From IMG/VR virus record IMGVR_UViG_3300045391_007423: DNA of 64,000 nucleotides. One strand, written 5' to 3'. Below are positions 47,235 to 57,094 of the stretch, in pieces; within the stretch, counting starts at the first letter, position 1; each line of letters begins with the position of its first letter. A program made the translations under genes and the position numbers. The notes below the pieces were generated by a model. It was not told the DNA's origin. It was given only the letters and a program-made list of their open reading frames with translations, and did not search any database. Source of the stretch: an uncultured virus (IMG/VR IMGVR_UViG_3300045391_007423). Taxonomy: Duplodnaviria > Heunggongvirae > Uroviricota > Caudoviricetes.

Positions 47235-47618
47235 CTATTCGCCCTCCTCATGGTAATGATCGTGGTGAGAGACAGGAAGACAGACGGGTGGCGTCGGTGT
47301 TGGTCGTGCAGCAGCCTGGACAATCTCAAACTGGATACCATCACCAAAGCCATGACCATAGCCGACATTTGTTCCAGCGATCTGACCAGCGCTCATACCA
47401 TCATGAAAGCCCTGAGTGTAGGAGGTCTGCTGCGCGAGGGAGCGTCCGTAACTGGTTCCTGCCTGATAGCCCTGGATATAGGCACGACTGGAGACACTCC
47501 AACTGACAAGCAAGAGGGTGAGTATCCAGAGGACCAGGATAATGATCAAAGTGATCAGAAAGGAGAAGGCGTGCATTGGAAGGGGCTTTTCCTCCTTCAA
47601 TGTTTTCTTCTCACGCAT
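47235..47618 (-). CDS. Single-TM protein with GxxxG/GY..G repeats
   Basis: TM then YIQGYQAG...GFHDG...GYGHGFGDG; overlaps the TerS stop. Confidence 0.55.
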   Translation of the reverse strand: MREKKTLKEEKPLPMHAFSFLITLIIILVLWILTLLLVSWSVSSRAYIQGYQAGTSYGRSLAQQTSYTQGFHDGMSAGQIAGTNVGYGHGFGDGIQFEIVQAAARPTPTPPVCLPVSHHDHYHEEGE

Positions 47619-48438
47619 CCTCATCCTCTTGCGTGGTTGAATCACCGCTGGCCTCGCGCTCGGCCTGTGCTCGTTGTCGCATGAGCATGAGATGAGGGTC
47701 TGGGGCACTGCTTCCTGGGAGCTTGCCTCCTGGCAACACTGGTTCGTAGTACTGCTGGAGTTCTGCTGGGAGACTGTCTCCTCTGGCTCCCGGTCCTCGG
47801 GTGAGGGACATATTACTGGTGGTGTCATGATGTTCTACGACCTCGGCATCGATAATCTGGGATGCATGATGATTGGGGGGATCAGTAGTAATGGAGATAT
47901 TGACCTGGGGCTGCTGGTTCTGCCTGGCAGCGACCTTTTCCAGAAACTTGATAACGCCCTCGCGAGAGTCAGACTGTACTTCATCACGAGGGATATCATA
48001 GCCAGCAACGGTTAAGATCTTCTCGGCGGCCTTAAAGCGTACAAAGTCGCTCTTGGATACCTGCATCAGTGAGTAGATCGTACCAATGGCATCATCTATA
48101 ACCTCAGAGATAAGGACATGACCGCGATCCTTGGCATCAGTGATAAGATCAGCCTGGATCTCTTTGTAGAGCGGATCGTTGATATAGGTTGCGATACTGC
48201 GTTCAGAGACGGCAAGCAGCTCCGCACACTGCGCATGTGTCATTCGTTGCGATTTCAACCGGACCAGATTGGTAAAGAAGTTTCGCTTCTCCTCTTCCGA
48301 ACGTGGTGGCCCGGAGACAGCAGGCAACAGTCGCGTTGAGACAATCTCATTGAGCGATGTGTACTCTGGTACATCCTCACGCTCCTCATCCTCAGCAGGC
48401 TTTTTCTTGGCACGCGAATCGTAATGATATTTTGGCAT
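47611..48438 (-). CDS. Terminase small subunit candidate
   Basis: HTH (THAQCAELLAVSERSI) then SDFVRFKAAEKIL, a TerS-like motif. Confidence 0.6.
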   Translation of the reverse strand: MPKYHYDSRAKKKPAEDEEREDVPEYTSLNEIVSTRLLPAVSGPPRSEEEKRNFFTNLVRLKSQRMTHAQCAELLAVSERSIATYINDPLYKEIQADLITDAKDRGHVLISEVIDDAIGTIYSLMQVSKSDFVRFKAAEKILTVAGYDIPRDEVQSDSREGVIKFLEKVAARQNQQPQVNISITTDPPNHHASQIIDAEVVEHHDTTSNMSLTRGPGARGDSLPAELQQYYEPVLPGGKLPGSSAPDPHLMLMRQRAQAEREASGDSTTQEDEDA

Positions 48439-48649
48439 ATATTCTCCAAACGGATGATAACATTGTGCTTATAATGCAGAATAACTGGCAAATCATGCAA
48501 ATTATGGAGGAAATTTTTGTTCTCTTTTTCAGGCTCATCCAGGGATAAAAGTCATACATGCGAAGTATGCCCCTTGATTTTTTTTGTAACACCACCTATA
48601 CTTAATGAAGTTCCTTAATTTTAGGTTAACAAAGAAAGAAGGGAAAGAG

Positions 48650-48922
48650 ATGACTGTCATTATGACGGAAGAAAAATCCACAATGAGAAAACCGCGACGG
48701 CGATCAACCCGATACGAAAAGACACAGGATGTTGCTGATTTTCTTGGTGTGAATGTCTCTACTATTCAGAACTACTGTATTAAAGGTAAAATGAGTTTTC
48801 ACGAGGTCAATGGGTATAGAAAGATTACCATTCGGGATGTTGAGAAATACCAGGAAGAAAATAACATCCACTTTGACCAGACATTCCGACAGTTTTTAGA
48901 AGAGCGCTATGCAGGAAAGTAG
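48650..48922 (+). CDS. Excisionase/MerR-like HTH protein
   Basis: TQDVADFLGVNVSTIQNYC..GK...GYRKI. Confidence 0.75.
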   Translation: MTVIMTEEKSTMRKPRRRSTRYEKTQDVADFLGVNVSTIQNYCIKGKMSFHEVNGYRKITIRDVEKYQEENNIHFDQTFRQFLEERYAGK

Positions 48923-49173
48923 GAGAGGAAGAGCCCAGGATGAGGAAACGTGGAAGATGTGGTGGTGGTATGGCTGGAACTTTCTCGATCGTGATATACT
49001 CCCAAAACGAGAAAGTGCACTGCCCTTCAGCAATGCACTCTCCAAAAGAAAGGATCAAGAACGATGAGAGACCCTCCACCCAGGAAGTCGAGGAACCCAT
49101 CGGGAGTTGTCTTCTTGTGAGAGATATCTTCTTTGCAATGAATACGGTTCTGACCGGCCAAAGTCTCCGTAAA

Positions 49174-49202
49174 TTGCTTGACTCCACAAGAATTACTACA
49201 AT
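49174..49202 (+). promoter_or_regulatory. Sigma70-type promoter for rep
   Basis: TTGCTT-17-TACAAT. Confidence 0.55.
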
Positions 49203-49386
49203 CCAGAACACGGCACTCACTACCCAGAGTTATATTAATAGCCATTTACGCACGTCGGGCAATTAAGACACTCAAGCACTGACGCCGAGTTGTGTTATTA
49301 GTTGTATTGTACGCAACAAACCAACTCATGTCAATGCTTCAGGATCTTTTTGTCCCTACGAACATAGGTAGAAGGACCAAAAGAAA

Positions 49387-50610
49387 ATGAATGCAGTAAA
49401 AGGTGCAACACGAGCACCTATCCAGATAGAACAGGACCATATATTTCCCATTGTTATTCGTGCAGAGTTAGTCACGATCACTTCAACAGAACGACGCAAT
49501 CAGTGTCGCGGTGCAGTCTACAGTCACATCCTCTATTGGATTGCAAAAAAGATGATGCAGGGGGAGAAGTACTGGTGGAATACTGAGCAGAAAATCACAG
49601 AGGAACTAAACAGAAATTGGAGTAAGAACACAATCGGGAGAGCGATCCAGGGGATTATTGATCTTGGCATCTTAGGGCGCAAACACAATCCGGCAGATGG
49701 AACTGATCGCACGTACTATTACTACTTTGATAAGACGCATCTACGTGCTCTTAAAAAACGCTGTAAAGAATTAAAGATAGATCTCAACAATATAGATCTG
49801 CCTCCAGAGCTGGTTTGGCTATTACAAGCGAGCAGCCCAAAAGCCCAAAATGATCTTTGCAAAAGACCATCAAGGACTCTTGCAAAGATCCAAGATGCAC
49901 CCTTCCAAGAGTCCAAGAAGGGCACTTGTTATATAAGGAATACTCAGGTCTCTACACAGAACTCTACTCAGGTCTCTACACAGAGAGAAGAGAAGGCCCC
50001 CATTTCACAAGATCAAACAGTCTCTCTCTCTCAAGGAGCATCTAATAAATTTTCTTCTGAAGAAGAGACTTCTCAACCAACCGAAGAAACACTGAGAGAA
50101 AAAGTATCCTTATCTGGTACAGAGACCAGACAACCTGCACTCCCACCTACTAAAGAAATGCCCCGGCAAAGTGAGAATGATTCTTATTCTCAAAAGAATA
50201 CTGCTCGCTTGTCTGTTGTCCAGAGTATCGAACTCTCCCCCGCTGAGATGGCCGAGACCTATTCCAGGTTTGATCACGCATGGAAGAATGCCTGTACTCA
50301 GGTGAAAATTCCTATAGCCCCAGGATATATGGTTCCGCGCAACTATTGGAACGATATCGCTATGCAGGATCTACACAACATGGGCATGACCGTTGAGGAT
50401 TTGACCCTGATCCTGGTGAAGAAGATGCAGGATGAACGGGTGCGCAAGGAGCTGCGACCATCCATTATTGCGAAGAACTATATGATCTGGCAGCTTGATA
50501 TCCAGTTGTGTCCTTCTTCATCTCAGCAAGATGAGTACAAAAACGCCAGTGGGAACGATCTGCTGGAAGAATTACGGGGGAATACCAAAAGTGAGGTGAT
50601 CTGTGGCTAA
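49387..50610 (+). CDS. Phage replication initiator (wHTH, linker, C-terminal domain)
   Basis: WSKNTIGRAIQGIIDLGIL...DRT.YY; overlaps the dnaC-like gene. Confidence 0.75.
   Translation: MNAVKGATRAPIQIEQDHIFPIVIRAELVTITSTERRNQCRGAVYSHILYWIAKKMMQGEKYWWNTEQKITEELNRNWSKNTIGRAIQGIIDLGILGRKHNPADGTDRTYYYYFDKTHLRALKKRCKELKIDLNNIDLPPELVWLLQASSPKAQNDLCKRPSRTLAKIQDAPFQESKKGTCYIRNTQVSTQNSTQVSTQREEKAPISQDQTVSLSQGASNKFSSEEETSQPTEETLREKVSLSGTETRQPALPPTKEMPRQSENDSYSQKNTARLSVVQSIELSPAEMAETYSRFDHAWKNACTQVKIPIAPGYMVPRNYWNDIAMQDLHNMGMTVEDLTLILVKKMQDERVRKELRPSIIAKNYMIWQLDIQLCPSSSQQDEYKNASGNDLLEELRGNTKSEVICG
49941..49984 (+). repeat. 20-bp direct repeat (period 24) in the rep linker, iteron candidate
   Basis: TACTCAGGTCTCTACACAGA twice. 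Confidence 0.7.
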
Positions 50611-51481
50611 TCTTCGTGAGTTAATGCAGCAGGCTCTGCGTGAGGCTGAGCAACGACGGCTCTCTCCTGATCCGATTGAGCGCCCTCCGGCCCCGGCCCC
50701 GGTTATCTGTCAGATCTGCCATGATGCAGGCTGGCTCCGAGCCCCAGCATCGGCGTGGGACGGCAAAGGGAGAGCCCCGCGTATTCGGTGTACGTGTAAG
50801 GCTGAAGAGGATCGCCAGCGTGGTCTGGTGCAAGTAAGTGATCTCTTTACCGATGACAATATTCCCCCACGTATGGCACCCTGGACATTTGAGACGCTTC
50901 CTGCTAGCGTCGATCCCCAGGCCAGGGAAGTAGTGCAACGTTTTGTCCAGCAACTTTTGTCTGATCCAAATCCGCGCTATCGTGCGCTGACACTCTACAG
51001 CCATGAGGGTGGTCATTGTAAGACCGGGCTGGCAGTGAGTGCGATGAAGGAGCTGATGCAGGCTGGCTGGCCCTGTGTGTTTCTCAACGAGAAAGATATC
51101 TTCACCTGGCTGCAAGCATCCCAGGATGCCCAGCAGCGTATTGGACGTGTATCTGGGTACGAAGATGCCAATCTCTTGCGTAACGATACCTTTTCCTCCA
51201 GTCGCGGCGCTCGCCTTATTCGTTTGCTTGAAGAGGTCAAATTTGCCGTCTATGACGATCTTGGCACCTGGCATGGAGGGCGCAATGTCGTTCGAGAACT
51301 TTATGGCATTATCAATAATCGCATGAATAATTGTCTTTGCACTATCTTTACCAGTAATCTCGACTTGCAAGGGTTACGCTCGCATCTAAGCCCGGATGGG
51401 GGCATGCGTGTTGTTGATCGCATTGGCGAGTACAGTGCCTTTTACAAAGTTGAAGGGCCAAATCAGCGAAAACGCCAGTAG
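50603..51481 (+). CDS. DnaC/IstB-like helicase loader ATPase
   Basis: CQIC..G...CTC Zn motif, GGHCKT Walker A variant, YDDLG, TIFTSNL, RVVDRI. Confidence 0.85.
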   Translation: MANLRELMQQALREAEQRRLSPDPIERPPAPAPVICQICHDAGWLRAPASAWDGKGRAPRIRCTCKAEEDRQRGLVQVSDLFTDDNIPPRMAPWTFETLPASVDPQAREVVQRFVQQLLSDPNPRYRALTLYSHEGGHCKTGLAVSAMKELMQAGWPCVFLNEKDIFTWLQASQDAQQRIGRVSGYEDANLLRNDTFSSSRGARLIRLLEEVKFAVYDDLGTWHGGRNVVRELYGIINNRMNNCLCTIFTSNLDLQGLRSHLSPDGGMRVVDRIGEYSAFYKVEGPNQRKRQ

Positions 51482-51582
51482 TAGTACAAACCGACTTTTT
51501 CTCGGAGCAAAAGAACAGATTGAGAGTTTCTCTGCTGACGGACAGAGATAGACTGCCAAAAGAAAGAAAGGATCTGACAACG

Positions 51583-52005
51583 ATGAGTGACACTGCCCAG
51601 TTTACCACTATCCTGGCTTTTTCCCGTACAGATACTGCCTATCATGACCTGAATCTTTACCGGACAATAGCAATTGTGAAGGATCTCTGTGGGGTAACTG
51701 CCTATTGTGGTCTGTTTGTGATTGAGCGCTATGAAGATGAACATGAGAATCTCCGATACAAACGACCGCGTATCATTGCATTTTGTGCCTCCGTTGAAGA
51801 GATGAAACGAACGCTGGACACCTATCAGTTTTCAACCAGCGGCTGGTCTCTATCCTCCTCATATGACATGAGTGAAAACATACCTCAAATAATGAATTCT
51901 CACATGCATCTTATGATCCAGATGGAAGAGCGGCGAAGAGAGAAACAGAGCAGCAAAGAGAAGGACGACGAGTGCAACAACGAGCATGAAACAATGAAAC
52001 ACTGA
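51583..52005 (+). CDS. Hypothetical protein
   Basis: GAAAGGA RBS. Confidence 0.55.
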   Translation: MSDTAQFTTILAFSRTDTAYHDLNLYRTIAIVKDLCGVTAYCGLFVIERYEDEHENLRYKRPRIIAFCASVEEMKRTLDTYQFSTSGWSLSSSYDMSENIPQIMNSHMHLMIQMEERRREKQSSKEKDDECNNEHETMKH

Positions 52006-52034
52006 AGAAAAGGAAGAGAGAGGAGAGAACGAGG

Positions 52035-53171
52035 ATGGATCTTCCACCAGAAGAGAAAGAGATGCTCAACCTCTTTGCAGGCCCAGGAGGCACTGAAGTT
52101 GGGCTTAACTATGCTGGCTGGTATTCAACTGATGCCGTCGAGTATGATGCAGCCGCCTGTAAAACCCTGAAGAAAGCCTTTGCCCCTCGCATGAAGGTTC
52201 ACGAAGGCGATATTCGTCTTATCCCGGTTGCCAACTATCGACGACGGTACTACCGATTAGCTGTTTATACCAATCCCTGCGATCACTATAGCTCTTTCGC
52301 CAATGTCCATGGCAAGCAGACCGGGGATGATTTGTATCTCCATGCGCTCCGCAATCACGTCTTGCTCTGGCCGGAGGTGGTGCTGATCGAAAACGTCGTT
52401 GGCATGCGCAAATTTGAGCCAGTGATGGAATTGTGGCGCAATATCGCCCACTACTACACCACAGAACTGACCGTCTGGGGTCATGATTTCACCATGCAGC
52501 GTAAGACTCGCGTGTTTCTAATCCTGCACCGACAGCCCTTTGATTTCCCCATGCTCAAGGAGATCCATACATTCGTCAATGAGCATAGGGATGAGATCCC
52601 CTTTCAATCGGTCCTGGCCCGGCCTGGTCGTATCCTACGTGATTATCTGGATGCACCAGAGGAAAAAGTGATCGATGTGCAGCCATATATTGAGACTCGC
52701 CTTGATGGAGAATATCGCGATCGCCCAATCATCTATTCCCCGGACCAGGCTGATCCCATTAATCTGATGACCAACTATAAGCGTGATCGAAGCAATTTCC
52801 TGGTGGAAGATGCTGACTCTCCGATTGGTAGTCGGCCCTTCTCCGTCAACGAGATTGCACGTCTGCATGGTTTTCCTGTGGATGCCAATAACCGTGTCAT
52901 CCACCAGTTTTGTGGTAATAAGAACCAGCGCTACGGGCAAGTGGTAGACACGGTGATGCCGATCGTGGCCTATGCGCTGGGAACCGCAATCAATGCCTAT
53001 TTTGAGGCAATTCCAGCGCTGGCTCCACAACCTAAGCCAAAGGGGTATCGCTTCATCAAGAGTCCCTCACCTCAACGGAGGAAAGTAGATGAAGCATCGG
53101 AAATGACCAATGTTCCTGACCATAGAGCAACTCCACTACCAAAAGATGTACAACAATTGGCATTGATGTAA
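52035..53171 (+). CDS. Orphan DNA (cytosine-5) methyltransferase
   Basis: LFAGPGG, PC catalytic motif, ENV, Q.K.R, ARLHGFP. Confidence 0.9.
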   Translation: MDLPPEEKEMLNLFAGPGGTEVGLNYAGWYSTDAVEYDAAACKTLKKAFAPRMKVHEGDIRLIPVANYRRRYYRLAVYTNPCDHYSSFANVHGKQTGDDLYLHALRNHVLLWPEVVLIENVVGMRKFEPVMELWRNIAHYYTTELTVWGHDFTMQRKTRVFLILHRQPFDFPMLKEIHTFVNEHRDEIPFQSVLARPGRILRDYLDAPEEKVIDVQPYIETRLDGEYRDRPIIYSPDQADPINLMTNYKRDRSNFLVEDADSPIGSRPFSVNEIARLHGFPVDANNRVIHQFCGNKNQRYGQVVDTVMPIVAYALGTAINAYFEAIPALAPQPKPKGYRFIKSPSPQRRKVDEASEMTNVPDHRATPLPKDVQQLALM

Positions 53172-53262
53172 CGCATGAGTGACGTGAAATTTGCATCACT
53201 CTCCCCGTATCGAGATAATAGCCCCATCAGGTGATCTACACCATATCGATAGATGTATCGGA

Positions 53263-53291
53263 TTGACAGGTACGCAAAAATAGCGTACACT
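53263..53291 (+). promoter_or_regulatory. Sigma70 promoter with GTACGC-N7-GCGTAC palindrome
   Basis: TTGACA-17-TACACT. Confidence 0.7.
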
Positions 53292-53360
53292 ACAGGTATG
53301 ATTTGTATACCTGTTTACGCGAGACACCATTTTATTGCAAGAAAGAAAGAGAGACTGCTT

Positions 53361-53558
53361 GTGAATGATCTTTTAACCGTTTCTGAAGTTGCTGAGATTC
53401 TTCGTGTTGATGATACAACTGTTCGTCGCTGGGTCAAACAGGGTGCACTGGAGGCAATTGTGCTGCCACATGTGAACGAGCGTCAGGCATACCGCATCAA
53501 ACGTGCGACGCTGGAGAAGCTGCTGAGTGGTCCACTGCCTGCTATTGACGCTGCATAA
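53361..53558 (+). CDS. Excisionase-like HTH protein
   Basis: LLTVSEVAEILRVDDTTVRRWVKQGAL. Confidence 0.85.
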   Translation: MNDLLTVSEVAEILRVDDTTVRRWVKQGALEAIVLPHVNERQAYRIKRATLEKLLSGPLPAIDAA

Positions 53559-53663
53559 TACGTTCCTGTCCGGTGCCCGCTGCTGAGCGACACTTTCAAC
53601 CAGGAGAAGAGGATAGACCTGGCTTCCACCTCTCTCCTGGTTTTTCTTTGGGGAAGCTTTTCT

Positions 53664-53703
53664 TAATATGTTGCGAACCCCCTTGGCTCGTCGCAACATT
53701 TCT
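53664..53703. repeat. 40-bp palindromic site, copy 4
   Basis: TAATATGTTGCGA-ACCCCCTTGGCTCG-TCGCAACATTTCT. Confidence 0.85.
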
Positions 53704-53731
53704 ACAACACGATGAAACACTGAGGAAGGAA

Positions 53732-54529
53732 ATGGCATCAGTGTCTTGCTCTCCCCTACACTGGAAGCATCACATTTATGCATACAGGATGAACGCAATG
53801 ACAACGATACAGTACCCACTCGGTAGCGGTCGAAGAGATGTTCAGATATGCCACGGTCCCACTGCACTCAATATCTGGACACCAGACTACCCGAACGATC
53901 CAATTGCTGATACAACGGTTGTTCCACGCCTGCCAGAGAGGACGGTCTATACGATCGATCGCCCTGGGAAAGAGCCCATACACTTTGAGGAGCTGCGCTT
54001 CTCTCTCTACATGCTTGACTCAATCAATGAGAAACATGGTCGGGGAATGTATGTGAAGAAGGCGTATCGTGATCGGATGGACCTGGAAGTTGCTCGTATC
54101 ATTCGTCAGCGTGATGTTGTTGGCTGGCAGCCAGAAGAGACTGATCGTTATGCTATCACCTATCAGGTAGCGCTCACCTCTGGCAGACTTGATGAAGGCA
54201 ACTTCGAGAAGCCTACCACAGATCTGCTGGGCAAGAGCCACTATGAGCGGAAAGTATGGGTCACTTGCGCTGAGGTTATCTGCAATGACAATCGTTTTCG
54301 TAAGATCGATAACAATTGTTACTTTGCCAACCCAAAAGGACCTCTCTGGTGTTACGTCGCGCTCTACCGCTTCCATAAGCGCTATGACTTTGATCAGAAG
54401 CGTCATCGCTGGCATCCTGACTACCTTCTTCTTCTCCACACTATTGAGATGTGCATGGCTGCATATCGTGCGTTCCTCTTTGAGAAAGGATACCTCTCCT
54501 ATGACTACTGCAAGTCTTCAACTTCTTGA
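53732..54529 (+). CDS. RusA-like Holliday junction resolvase
   Basis: SIN...RLDEGNFEKPTTDLL...VICND mirrors the RusA D..N..K...D...DD pattern. Confidence 0.55.
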   Translation: MASVSCSPLHWKHHIYAYRMNAMTTIQYPLGSGRRDVQICHGPTALNIWTPDYPNDPIADTTVVPRLPERTVYTIDRPGKEPIHFEELRFSLYMLDSINEKHGRGMYVKKAYRDRMDLEVARIIRQRDVVGWQPEETDRYAITYQVALTSGRLDEGNFEKPTTDLLGKSHYERKVWVTCAEVICNDNRFRKIDNNCYFANPKGPLWCYVALYRFHKRYDFDQKRHRWHPDYLLLLHTIEMCMAAYRAFLFEKGYLSYDYCKSSTS

Positions 54530-54992
54530 GCCAACGACCCAGATCGTCCAGAATAGCTTTGATCTCTCCAGTCTGGTGCCTGCCTTTCAGGAAGTGATGA
54601 ACCAGGATATCTCCTCTATCTTTCCAGCACAAAGTATTGCCCCGGTGCTGATCTGGAACCCGGACCAGATGATCTCGCTGGTGGGCTACTACAAGCAGCA
54701 AGTCCTTGCCAAAGCACCAGCACCAGCTCCCAGTGGCACCATGACGAAACGGGTAAAGGATATGACTCCAGACGAGCTGGCTGCACTCTCTGGGAGTGTC
54801 ACCAACTTCACCGATGATGCAGGCTATGCCAGTAAGACATATACCGAGCCAGGAACATCCATGCCTACCGATACACTCTATGGCCCGCTGGCCCAGCAAC
54901 TCCAGGCACTTTCCGACTTTCTCTCAGCAGGTCGGAATCAGGGAAGTGATCTGAAAACCATCCCTGTTGAGACAGAGACACCAACCTCCTGA
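54501..54992 (+). CDS. Hypothetical protein
   Basis: GAAAGGA RBS. Confidence 0.6.
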   Translation: MTTASLQLLEPTTQIVQNSFDLSSLVPAFQEVMNQDISSIFPAQSIAPVLIWNPDQMISLVGYYKQQVLAKAPAPAPSGTMTKRVKDMTPDELAALSGSVTNFTDDAGYASKTYTEPGTSMPTDTLYGPLAQQLQALSDFLSAGRNQGSDLKTIPVETETPTS

Positions 54993-55023
54993 CCAGGAGG
55001 AAAGAAAGAAAGGAACGAATACC

Positions 55024-55266
55024 ATGGCAACGATCATCGTTATCCCTAATCTGTTCGGTATCCTCGCCGGGATACTCTTTGGCGCTGGCCTTGTTCTGAT
55101 CAGCCAGGCGCTCTTCAAGCGACGAGCAAAACGCCAGCGCCAGAGGAATATCTATCCCAGAGCTTATCTTCGGCACTATGCCCCTGGCGAGGCCCTGGGA
55201 CCAGAGGATGACCAGTATATCCAGGATGGAAGTGAGATCCTCCGACGCGCCCTGGACAACGAATAG
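55024..55266 (+). CDS. Small single-TM protein
   Basis: TM followed by a basic stretch. Confidence 0.6.
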   Translation: MATIIVIPNLFGILAGILFGAGLVLISQALFKRRAKRQRQRNIYPRAYLRHYAPGEALGPEDDQYIQDGSEILRRALDNE

Positions 55267-55496
55267 TCGTCTTTCTTCTTCCTGAAGATGCCACCTTGCT
55301 CTCATGATGAGCGGGTGGCTCTTTTTTTATGCTCACTGTTTTCTTCTTGCTGCCCCTTGCATTCTCTCATTGATCTATGTATAATTATCATGCATGAGAG
55401 AGATGAAAGATGTACACCATCCACCTTGATCAAGAGAACCATCTCTCTCATTCTCATGGAGAAGAAAACACTGAGGAAAGGAAGGAGACCTGGATC

Positions 55497-56285
55497 ATGA
55501 CAAACACGGCAGTAGCACTCTACTCACCGATGCTTCGTTGCCCGGAGTTGGATGTCGATGGATTCAAAATCTATCGGGCAACGGACACGAAGCGGCTCTA
55601 TTATCTGGCTGGCTATGACAACTATGATGAGCCGATCTATCTCCCGGTTCCCATGGGAGACGCACCACGAACGCTGTCCCCTCTCACAAAGTTCGGAATG
55701 TGGTTGGCTGCTGGTACGATCGGTGTGGCCCTGATCTTTGGCGCATCGAAATCCACATCTCCTCCCAAAAATGCCAGAGCGATGACCACTATCACACAGC
55801 AACAGACCAGTTCTAACCAGAAGAAGCAGTCGGCAGTACCCCAGACCAAAGAGGCATTTCTCATGCCAGATAACTGTACGTCCCAGGACCAGCAGCAGCT
55901 CGTCCACGTGGCCTGGAATGATGCCCTGAAGTATGGAGTTGATCCACGCATCTTTGTGAAACAGATCAATCAGGAGAGTGGCTTCAATCGCTATGCCCAG
56001 TCTCCAGTTGGTGCTCTTGGCGTGGCCCAGTTTATGCCAGCTACAGCTACGGCCTGGGGTGTGACCGACCCGTATAATCCAACAATGGCGCTAGATGGCG
56101 CGGCTCGACTCATGAGGAGTAATCTGAACTACTACGGGTACTCCGCCGAGGGATATGCAAAAGCGCTGGCAGCCTATAACGCTGGTGGCGCGGCAGTCAA
56201 TCGGGCCGTGGCTCTTGGGGGTGCAAACTGGCTGAATTATCTGCCAGCCGAGACCCAGGCATATGTGATTGCCATTGAGTATTAA
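55497..56285 (+). CDS. Membrane-anchored SLT lytic transglycosylase
   Basis: QESGFN..AQSPVGALGVAQFMPATA, ALAAYNAG, ETQAYV. Confidence 0.92.
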   Translation: MTNTAVALYSPMLRCPELDVDGFKIYRATDTKRLYYLAGYDNYDEPIYLPVPMGDAPRTLSPLTKFGMWLAAGTIGVALIFGASKSTSPPKNARAMTTITQQQTSSNQKKQSAVPQTKEAFLMPDNCTSQDQQQLVHVAWNDALKYGVDPRIFVKQINQESGFNRYAQSPVGALGVAQFMPATATAWGVTDPYNPTMALDGAARLMRSNLNYYGYSAEGYAKALAAYNAGGAAVNRAVALGGANWLNYLPAETQAYVIAIEY

Positions 56286-56318
56286 TTTTGTAGGATCAGG
56301 AAAGAAAGAAGAACGAGT

Positions 56319-56642
56319 ATGACACAGATTATCCATGAACCGACGATACTTGAGCAGCAGATTGCCAGTCTTCGAGCTGAACGAGACCGTCTCATTGTTC
56401 ATGCGACCGAACGCTTCAAGGAGTGGCAGGCAGCGGCTGGCACTCTGGCACAAGAGCCAGCAAAGGACAAACCAGCCTATCCAACGCGTGTCCAACTGGA
56501 GATGGCCCAGGCCAGCATACAGATGAATCAGACATGCCGATTTCTCTATCAGTGTACAGAGCGGCTTACAGTTCTCTCTGAGCACATTCTTGAGTTGACC
56601 CAGGAGCTGGAGTCCCGACCACCCGTACAGGAACAGGAGTAG
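56319..56642 (+). CDS. Coiled-coil hypothetical protein
   Basis: 107 aa. Confidence 0.55.
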   Translation: MTQIIHEPTILEQQIASLRAERDRLIVHATERFKEWQAAAGTLAQEPAKDKPAYPTRVQLEMAQASIQMNQTCRFLYQCTERLTVLSEHILELTQELESRPPVQEQE

Positions 56643-56708
56643 TACTCCCCCTCTTGTCTCTTCAGTTTTTTTTGATTGATAGGAACCCTAAGAAAGGATC
56701 AACAACCG

Positions 56709-57092
56709 ATGGAACTTGATCGTCAAAGTCAACTCATCTGGAAGAACGTTAGCCAGGATGATTTCTGGACGCTGGCCCAGATCAACTTCCCTGGTATTCA
56801 GGGAATGCAAATGGTCGTTCGGGGAACTTTCCAGTCTGTTGGGGATGACCCAAAGACATACCGAACAACTGGTACCAGCGCCTTTACTGTGGATCTTGGA
56901 TTGCTACAACAACGCAGGGTCAGTACTGATCCTCGTTACTCTCTGACAATTCCCATAACGATGCAGGACAAGCACATCTTCAATGTGTTGCCTATAGGTA
57001 AGATCACCGTCATCTTGCGGTTCTCCAGTTCTATCCTCGATGAGTTAGAGGCTATGCTTGCCCAGTCTGTTACCACCAGGGTAGGAGTGTAG
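56709..57092 (+). CDS. Hypothetical protein
   Basis: GAAAGGA RBS. Confidence 0.55.
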   Translation: MELDRQSQLIWKNVSQDDFWTLAQINFPGIQGMQMVVRGTFQSVGDDPKTYRTTGTSAFTVDLGLLQQRRVSTDPRYSLTIPITMQDKHIFNVLPIGKITVILRFSSSILDELEAMLAQSVTTRVGV

Positions 57093-57094
57093 CG

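Noticed and set aside
12410..48502. Dedicated late-promoter motif TTGCATGA (minus strand near 12419, 46432, 48499)
   Set aside because: Only three copies, and explainable as ordinary sigma70-like -35 boxes
50621..51370. Long antisense ORFs (also 61189-61941, 10129-10713, 19779-20330)
   Set aside because: Shadows of well-supported genes on the opposite strand with no recognisable motifs
52035..53171. Complete restriction-modification system
   Set aside because: No adjacent endonuclease recognised; treated as an orphan methyltransferase
48650..53558. Integration/excision module implied by excisionase-like HTH genes
   Set aside because: No integrase or att-like site in the window; these HTH proteins are often plain regulators
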